Shown piece by piece: positions 58,199-64,000 of a stretch of DNA of 64,000 nt; the first letter of the stretch is position 1; each line of letters begins with the position of its first letter. Made by a program: the position numbers and the translations under genes. The DNA comes from Candidatus Latescibacterota bacterium (GTDB taxonomy: Bacteria; Latescibacterota; UBA2968; UBA8231). The notes under the pieces are model-generated. The model saw only the letters and a program-made list of their open reading frames with translations. It was not told where the DNA came from and did not search any database. The stretch is from NCBI GenBank assembly GCA_965248355.1, contig OZ252098.1:3456001-3520000 (forward strand). Direction: 5' to 3'.

Positions 58199-59242
58199 TC
58201 ACCCCCGCTTCACCATCGGCAGCATCTTCTTCCACGCCAGGTCGGCGTAGAACCGGTGCCCCTCGCCGCCCACCACTAGATGGCAGCGGTCCTCGGCCCC
58301 GGCGGCCTGGTAGATCTCCTTCAGTCGGCGGAAGGCCTTGCGCACCCCGCGGATGGGGAAGATGGCGTCCTCCCGGCCGGCCACGCAGACCACCGGCCGC
58401 GGCGCGAAGAGTCCCATCACGTCGGCCATCTCCGCATCCTGCAGCAGGCCCGGCACGTAGTTGTCGGCGCAGTGGTAGATGGACATGATCGAGTCGCGGA
58501 AGGTGCAGAAGTAGCAGGAAGGCATGGCGAAGCGCAGGCGCGGCAGGGTGGCGGCGGCGAAGAGGCTGATGGTCCCGCCCCCGGAGTTGCCCATGACGCC
58601 GACGCGCTTCCAGTCCACGTCCGACCGCGTCTTCAGGTAGTCGAGCCCCCGGTCGACGTCGAAGACCCGCTCGCCGATCAAGGTGCGGCCGAGCATCAGG
58701 GCGTGCATGGCCGCGTCGTGGCATCCGTGCTGGGAGATCCTCTCCTGGTGCTGCTCGCGGCGCTCGCCGAAGGAGCGCTGCTCGATGCACAGGGCGGCGA
58801 TACCCCGGCGCATGCAGCCCAGGCCGAAGTCGCGGTCCCCCGGCACCTCCATCTCCCGGGTCTCGTCCTCGCGCTCGACCCCGATCGAGAAGTGGGCTCC
58901 CGTCGTGTGGCCCTGGACGCAGACGAACCACGGGAGCGGCCCGTCCACACCCTCCGGCAGGCAGACATAGGCCATGACGTCGGCCCGAGGCTCCGCGCGG
59001 AAGAGGATCTTCTCGATCGTGCCCAACTCGTGCCGGCGCCTCCACAGGGAGCGCACCCGCAGGGGCTCGCGCTCACCCGAGGGCCATCCGATGCGCTCCC
59101 GCACCCGGCGGCGCAGCCGGCGCTGCCAGACCTTCAGGTCGCCGCCGTCGAAGGCGAGGGCCGGCTCCGTGCGATCCATGAGCCAGCGGTGGTGGAGAGA
59201 AGGCGAGAGCTGCGGAGCGGAGGAGCGGGGGCTTCTTGTCAC
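58199..59242 (-). CDS. Alpha/beta hydrolase (dienelactone hydrolase/acetylxylan esterase-like)
   Basis: 'VQGH', 'GVMGNSGGG', 'HCADNYVPG', 'APRP', 'GREDAIFP', 'GHRF'; GTG 59242 with RBS GGAG. Confidence 0.88.
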   Translation of the reverse strand: MTRSPRSSAPQLSPSLHHRWLMDRTEPALAFDGGDLKVWQRRLRRRVRERIGWPSGEREPLRVRSLWRRRHELGTIEKILFRAEPRADVMAYVCLPEGVDGPLPWFVCVQGHTTGAHFSIGVEREDETREMEVPGDRDFGLGCMRRGIAALCIEQRSFGERREQHQERISQHGCHDAAMHALMLGRTLIGERVFDVDRGLDYLKTRSDVDWKRVGVMGNSGGGTISLFAAATLPRLRFAMPSCYFCTFRDSIMSIYHCADNYVPGLLQDAEMADVMGLFAPRPVVCVAGREDAIFPIRGVRKAFRRLKEIYQAAGAEDRCHLVVGGEGHRFYADLAWKKMLPMVKRG

Positions 59243-59300
59243 GGCAAGGATCTCCGGGTGAAGCGGAGGAGCGGGCGATGGCGGTTGCGAGCCGGCGGCG

Positions 59301-60938
59301 CTACCCGGCTGGGCCGCCAGACCTGCCGGCCGCGGCCACTTCGTCGGCCGACAGGGAGCGGTCGTGGACGCGCACATCGGCGAGCCACCCCCGCAGACCC
59401 GCGTGGCAGCCGCCGCCGATGCGCAGCGGCACCCCGGCGTCCACGTCGTAGTCGCCGGGAGAAAAAGCCGCCGAGGGGCCGGTGGGCTCGCCGTCGACGA
59501 ACAGCTCCAGCCGCCCCGAGCGGCGCACCGCGGCCAGGTGGTGCCAGCCGGGGCTCAGCACGTCGTCGAAGGTCGCCATGGCGCCGGCGCGCAGGCTCCA
59601 CACCCGGCCGGAGGGCAGGGTGCCGGCGAACAGTTGTCCGTCGTACACGGACATGGACCACACCCGCCGCAGGGTCACGCCCGGAGTGGCGTCCAGGGTG
59701 CCCACGAAGGTGAAGGCGTCGCCGCCGCCGGCCGCCGGGTCGTGGCGGTAGACGCTGCCCATCGGCAGTCCCCCCACGTAGAGCTTCTGGTTGCACACGG
59801 CCATGGCCATGATCTCGCGCTCGTAGCCCGGCCGCGTCAACTCCGTCCAGCGTCCGTCCTCGCCGCGGCGGTGCACGGTGCCGACCGGCCAGGTGCCCAC
59901 GTGCAGGCGGTCGCCGTAGACCGCGGCCGAGTAGGTCTGGGTCGAGCCCTCCGGATGGCCCCACGGCTCCCAGCTCTCGCCCCCCGCGTAGCGCAGCACC
60001 GGCCCCCCGTTGACCAGGGCCAGCAGGTTCCCCTCGTAGACGGCGAAGGAGATGAGCCGCTCCCGGGGCCCGACGTAGCGCCAGTCCCGGCCGCCCTCGT
60101 ACACGAAGGCGCCGCGGCGGTGGAAGCTGGTGCAGTAGAGGCGCCCCTCGAAGACGGTCAGCGCCGAGGCCTGATCGGCCTTGCCCGTGTCATAGCCGGG
60201 CACCTCCACCTCCTCCGGCGTGGCGTCCTCCCCGCCCGGCCGCCCGCAGTCGACCCAGCCGCCGTCGCCGTCGACGCGCCACACCGTCCCGCCCGGCCGG
60301 CTGTTGCGCACCGGCCCCAGGGCGGAACCGAAGGGCATGTAGCGCCCGGTGCCGCAGTAGAGGCCGCCGTCGAAGCGCGCGATGGTATCGACAATGCTCG
60401 ACCCGTCCGGCGCTCCGCCGAGGTCGTGCCAGAGGTCGCCGCCGCCGTAGCGCCACAGGTGTCCGCGCTCGCCGGCCTCGATCTCGAAGGTGCCGGCGAA
60501 CAGGTCGCCCCCCGAGGTGTGCAGGGCGGCCACGTGCACGGCGGCGCCGGGGCGGCCGCGGTCGATCCACGGCGTGGGCTGCAGGATCAGGTCGCCCGCC
60601 GGCTCGGCGGCGTCGGGCAGCCGTCCCGCGTCGATGCCGAACTGAAGTCCGCGCAGATTCGCCTGGCTCGTGGAGGTGACGCCGCTGTTGCTGACGCAGG
60701 AGAGGGCGAAGCCGCGGCGCGACACGGGATCGAAGCGCGACACCAGGTCGCCCACGGTGCCGCCGTCGTCGTCGGCGTGCAGCCACAGATCGATGCTGAA
60801 GTCCCCGCTGCCCAGCGCCGGGGTATCCGCCGCCGGCAGGGTCAGGCCCTCGCCTCCGTCGAAGCGTCGCGCCCGCGCCGGCCCCCCCGGCGGCGCCTCG
60901 GTGTCGTCCAGCGGCAGGTGCAGGACCGGATCACTCAT
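59301..60938 (-). CDS. LamG-like jelly-roll protein with inserted beta-propeller repeats
   Basis: N-terminal 'GSGDFSIDLW'; C-terminal 'GWHHLAAVRR..LELFVDG..LRIG..G.LADVRVHDRSLSADEV'; central repeats 'FDGGLYCGTG', 'YGDRLHVGT', 'YDGQLFAGT'. Confidence 0.8.
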   Translation of the reverse strand: MSDPVLHLPLDDTEAPPGGPARARRFDGGEGLTLPAADTPALGSGDFSIDLWLHADDDGGTVGDLVSRFDPVSRRGFALSCVSNSGVTSTSQANLRGLQFGIDAGRLPDAAEPAGDLILQPTPWIDRGRPGAAVHVAALHTSGGDLFAGTFEIEAGERGHLWRYGGGDLWHDLGGAPDGSSIVDTIARFDGGLYCGTGRYMPFGSALGPVRNSRPGGTVWRVDGDGGWVDCGRPGGEDATPEEVEVPGYDTGKADQASALTVFEGRLYCTSFHRRGAFVYEGGRDWRYVGPRERLISFAVYEGNLLALVNGGPVLRYAGGESWEPWGHPEGSTQTYSAAVYGDRLHVGTWPVGTVHRRGEDGRWTELTRPGYEREIMAMAVCNQKLYVGGLPMGSVYRHDPAAGGGDAFTFVGTLDATPGVTLRRVWSMSVYDGQLFAGTLPSGRVWSLRAGAMATFDDVLSPGWHHLAAVRRSGRLELFVDGEPTGPSAAFSPGDYDVDAGVPLRIGGGCHAGLRGWLADVRVHDRSLSADEVAAAGRSGGPAG

Positions 60939-61765
60939 GGCGCCTGCACCTGGGGCTCCCGGGGCAACAGCTCCAGGGGCTGCACGATCTTGCGGCGCTC
61001 CGGTGTCAGCCGCTCCAGCAGCTCCGGCGACGGCGCGTACCCGAGCCGGAAGTTGCCCCACGACGGGCCGTAGCGGTAGACGCAGACGCGCCGCTCCCCC
61101 GGTTTGCTGCGACGGGCCGAGCCGTGGGAGATGCCGTCCACGAAGATGAGGACGTCGCCGGCGGCGATGTGCACCTCCTCGGCGGCCTCGACGCCCTCCA
61201 CGGTGGCGCCGCCGGGTTTCATGTGGTGCCGGTGGAACTCCGGGTGCTGGAAGTTCGACTTGTGACTGCCCGGGATCAGCATGGTGCAGCCGTCGCCCGG
61301 TCCGATATCGGTGAGAGCCATCAGCACGTTCACCTGGCCGCACATGAAGCGCCCGCCGTGGAAGCGGAACTGGTTGCGGTGGATGGGCGGATGCCCGCCC
61401 GAGTGCAGGCCGATGGCCTCGCCCGGGCCGCGGAAGCCGGCCAAGCACTCGTCGATGAAGAGCGGGCCGTGGTGGTAGTCGAAGGTGCCCGCGCCGCCGA
61501 CGAAGAGCTTGACGTGCTCGATCCAGGAGGGGTGGTCGATGAGCCGCTCGAAGGGCTCCCCGGCCTCGTAGATCTGCTGGTAGTTGAGGCCGTCCAGGGT
61601 GCCGTAGGTGTGGCCCTGGACATGGCCGTACCACTGGCCCGGCTCCAGGCGCGGGATGGCGTCGAGGCCGGCGTTGCAGGCGGCGACCTCCGCCGGCGAC
61701 AGGGCGCCGGGCAGATGGATGTAGCCGCGCAGGTCGAAGAGGTAGACGTCGAGATCGGGGACCAT
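60935..61765 (-). CDS. PhyH family dioxygenase
   Basis: 'LHSG', 'ALTDIGPGDGCTMLIPGSHK', 'AGDVLIFVDGISHG', 'RR...YRYGP'. Confidence 0.88.
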   Translation of the reverse strand: MVPDLDVYLFDLRGYIHLPGALSPAEVAACNAGLDAIPRLEPGQWYGHVQGHTYGTLDGLNYQQIYEAGEPFERLIDHPSWIEHVKLFVGGAGTFDYHHGPLFIDECLAGFRGPGEAIGLHSGGHPPIHRNQFRFHGGRFMCGQVNVLMALTDIGPGDGCTMLIPGSHKSNFQHPEFHRHHMKPGGATVEGVEAAEEVHIAAGDVLIFVDGISHGSARRSKPGERRVCVYRYGPSWGNFRLGYAPSPELLERLTPERRKIVQPLELLPREPQVQAP

Positions 61766-61774
61766 GTCGGGCCT

Positions 61775-62161
61775 TCAGGCCGCCCGGGGCAGCTGCGGCA
61801 GCCGGTCGAAGTGGGCGTCGCGGGAGAGGAGGTGCACGTCGTTCTCCACGACCAGCGCAGCGATCCACAGGTCGTTGGTGGGGATCGGCGTCCCCTGGGT
61901 GCGCAGCTGCAGGAAGAGCTGTGCGTACTGGCGCGTCGTGGCCGCGGTCGGGAAGAGGACCTCGACTCTCGGCGAGGAGAGGAACCGATCCAGCACGCGC
62001 TCGTTCTGCCCAGTCCGAGAGCCGGCCAGGAAGCCGGCGCGCAGCTCGCCTAGTGTGATGAAGGGCAGGTAGACGCGCTCCGCTCGCTGCACCAGGTCGA
62101 GGCAGGCGGGATCACCCGCGCAGAAGTCCCGGTAACGATTGGTGTCGATGGCGATCCTCAC
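61775..62161 (-). CDS. vapC: VapC PIN-domain toxin
   Basis: 'IAIDTN', 'ITLGEL', 'IPTNDLWIAA', 'SRDAHF'. Confidence 0.92.
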   Translation of the reverse strand: MRIAIDTNRYRDFCAGDPACLDLVQRAERVYLPFITLGELRAGFLAGSRTGQNERVLDRFLSSPRVEVLFPTAATTRQYAQLFLQLRTQGTPIPTNDLWIAALVVENDVHLLSRDAHFDRLPQLPRAA

Positions 62162-62418
62162 GACCAGGATTCTTCGTCGATCACGTCCATCTCCGCGATC
62201 GCCTGGTCGAATCCGGGGTCTTCGACCCAGGTTCCGGCCAGGTGGTCGAGGTCGTGGAACCGCCTTTCTACCCGCTCCAGCCCAAGCCCCTGCTCAAGGG
62301 CCTCCAGGGCGACCCGGTTCAGACTCCAGCCGTAGCTCGCCGCCCTCTCGCGGAGGGCGCGGTCGACGTGATCGGGAACGCCCCGAAGGGTGTACTGGGC
62401 TTTGTGCCTGCTGTTCAT
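62158..62418 (-). CDS. Ribbon-helix-helix antitoxin (VapB/FitA-like)
   Basis: 'QYTLRGVPDHVDRALRERAA..G.SLN', 'DLDHLAGTW'; GTGA overlap with vapC. Confidence 0.85.
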   Translation of the reverse strand: MNSRHKAQYTLRGVPDHVDRALRERAASYGWSLNRVALEALEQGLGLERVERRFHDLDHLAGTWVEDPGFDQAIAEMDVIDEESWS

Positions 62419-62453
62419 GCCTGCAAGGTAGGCATCATTGTGCATGCCCACAA
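62417..62453 (-). promoter_or_regulatory. Sigma-70-type promoter and overlapping operator palindrome of the vapBC operon (leaderless start)
   Basis: Minus strand TTGTGG-17 nt-TACCTT-6 nt-ATG; dyad ATGCCTGC-AAG-GTAGGCAT at 62417-62435. Confidence 0.5.
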
Positions 62454-62470
62454 GTGGGGACGGGACCGCC

Positions 62471-63481
62471 TCAGCCCACCCGGTACTTCTCCACGGCCGC
62501 CTTGTCCAGCTCCACCCCCAGGCCCGGCGCCGTCGGCACCTCCACCATGCCGTCCTTCGGCGTCAGGGCGCCGCCGATGAGGTCGCTCTCCCGGGTGAAG
62601 TGCAGGGAATCGGACGGGATCGTGGCGTTGGGGATCACGGCGTGCACGTGGGTGCCGTAGGCGCCCGAGACCCCCAGGCCCAGGCCGACCACCTGCAGCC
62701 ACACCGGCAGGCCGGCGGCCCCGGCCATGCCGGCCATGACCTGCACGCTCTCCACCGAGCCGCCCAGGTTGAAGGCGTCGGCGGCGTCGGCGCGGATGGC
62801 GCTCATGACCTGCTCGGGGTCGTGCAGGTGGGGCGCCAGGGGGATCGTCGAGTGTTGCCGGAAGTGATGGTACTGGTGCCAGCCCGGCCGGTACCGGAAG
62901 GGATCCTCGAAAGCCTGGATGTTGTAGCCCTCCAGTTGCCGGGCCAGCCGCAGGGAGGTGGCGAGGTCCCCGAAGGAGAAGTTGGGATCGACGATGATGC
63001 CGTAGTCCGGCCCGGCGATCTGGGTCATGAGCTCGACCGTCTCGACGATGCTCCAGGGACGCGCCTTCAGCTTGTGGGTCTTGTAGCCGAGCCTGGCTCC
63101 CTCCTCCGCCATGGCCGCGAACTCGGCCGGCTCCAGGGGCGGCGACCACCAGCCCACGGGGACCGCGCTCCAGTGCCTGGCCCCCATGAGGCGGCAGGCG
63201 GGCACGCCGTAGGCCTTGCCGGCGATGTCGTAGCAGGCCATGGCCATGGCGCCGCCCATGGACGCCAGATCCACGGCCAGGGGATCCCTTCCCACCCACT
63301 CCTTCTCGACGCCTTCCATCAGGTCGCCGCGCCCCCCCTCGCCGAGGCCCGTGAGTCCCTCGTCGGTGCGCACCTCGACGATGGTGATCGGGCTGTCCCG
63401 GTACTGGCCCGGCCGGCTCTTCTCGATGGCGGGGATGTGGGGAACGGCGGTGACGTAGCGCTCGATGCTGGTGATCTTCAC
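62471..63481 (-). CDS. Mandelate racemase/muconate lactonizing enzyme family (enolase superfamily)
   Basis: 'VEVRTDEGLTGLGE', 'DIAGKAYGVP', KxK 'HKLK', 'DPN', 'EDP', 'PTAPGLGVELD'. Confidence 0.9.
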   Translation of the reverse strand: MKITSIERYVTAVPHIPAIEKSRPGQYRDSPITIVEVRTDEGLTGLGEGGRGDLMEGVEKEWVGRDPLAVDLASMGGAMAMACYDIAGKAYGVPACRLMGARHWSAVPVGWWSPPLEPAEFAAMAEEGARLGYKTHKLKARPWSIVETVELMTQIAGPDYGIIVDPNFSFGDLATSLRLARQLEGYNIQAFEDPFRYRPGWHQYHHFRQHSTIPLAPHLHDPEQVMSAIRADAADAFNLGGSVESVQVMAGMAGAAGLPVWLQVVGLGLGVSGAYGTHVHAVIPNATIPSDSLHFTRESDLIGGALTPKDGMVEVPTAPGLGVELDKAAVEKYRVG

Positions 63482-63505
63482 GGATGATCTCCTCTGTGGG
63501 GCCTC

Positions 63506-63994
63506 TCAGGCGGCGGCCCGGGAGGCGTTCCCGGCCTCGAGCTCCAGGAGAAAGCGCTTGATCCGGAGGCCGCCCGCATAGCCCGTCAGGGACCCGCCGG
63601 CGCCGATCACCCGGTGGCAGGGGACGACCACGGGCAGGGGGTTGCGGTGGTTGGCGCCGCCCACGGCGCGCGCCCCCTTCGGCCGGCCGAGGCGGCGGGC
63701 GATCTCCCCGTAGGTGCTCGTGGTTCCATGGGGGATCTCCGCCAGGGCCCGCCACACGCGGCGCTGGAAGGGGGTGCCGCAGGCGTCGAGGGGCAGGTGA
63801 AACTCGACCCGCTCACCGGCGAAGTAGGCGGCCAGCTGCTCGCCGGCGCCGAAGGCGGGCTCGGGCCGGTGCTGCCACTCCGCCGGCACCGCCGGCGCGG
63901 CGTCGGCGCCGACGAACCAGATGCGGCGCAGGCCGGCGGCCGACCAGGCCACCCCCAGGCGGTCGAGGGGCGTGTCCATCACCGCGTAGTTCAC
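63506..63994 (-). CDS. ogt: Methylated-DNA--protein-cysteine S-methyltransferase
   Basis: 'GTPFQRRVW', 'TYGEIA', 'RAVGGA..RNP', active site 'PCHRV', 'GYAGG'. Confidence 0.95.
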   Translation of the reverse strand: MNYAVMDTPLDRLGVAWSAAGLRRIWFVGADAAPAVPAEWQHRPEPAFGAGEQLAAYFAGERVEFHLPLDACGTPFQRRVWRALAEIPHGTTSTYGEIARRLGRPKGARAVGGANHRNPLPVVVPCHRVIGAGGSLTGYAGGLRIKRFLLELEAGNASRAAA

Positions 63995-64000
63995 TGAGCT

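Noticed and set aside
21..63997. Many long Arg/Pro/Gly/Ala-rich ORFs in the track (e.g. 21-713, 3705-5207, 8565-11324, 10952-13027, 48485-50578, 53819-56503)
   Set aside because: Shadow or antisense frames of real genes in ~70% GC DNA with no family motifs. Several real ORFs are also over-extended upstream (e.g. 2425 aa versus ~1858 aa for the C25 protein).
1..64000. CRISPR arrays, tRNA/rRNA genes, retron or DGR components
   Set aside because: No regularly spaced repeats, cloverleaf or rRNA signatures, or reverse transcriptase motifs seen by inspection; a covariance-model scan was not possible.

Overview
High-GC bacterial chromosomal segment. A C25 gingipain-like protease with a C-terminal Ig-like sorting domain, a TonB-dependent receptor, three PhyH dioxygenases and sulfatase/heparinase/sialidase-type enzymes suggest a Gram-negative FCB-related heterotroph, possibly a sponge-associated Latescibacterota-like lineage (inference only). 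Most of the window is dispersed catabolic genes. About 36.7-50.4 kb is a defence island: type III R-M res and mod with hicBA and MNT-HEPN toxin-antitoxin genes between them, followed by an ABC/AAA ATPase + DUF4276 pair. The ATPase is split by three nested insertion sequences (ISKra4-like inside IS1380 inside IS256), and all TIRs and target-site duplications are resolvable. The top finding is missed by the ORF track. The 152-aa ORF at 51987-52445 extends in frame to a signal-peptide ATG at 52655 through two UGA codons spaced U-V-G-U, followed by a SECIS-like hairpin. This is a candidate double-selenocysteine (UxxU) outer-membrane beta-barrel, in an operon with an exported YHS-thioredoxin (TlpA) fusion. 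Several 1-2 bp frameshifts, two of them in G runs, probably reflect long-read assembly errors.
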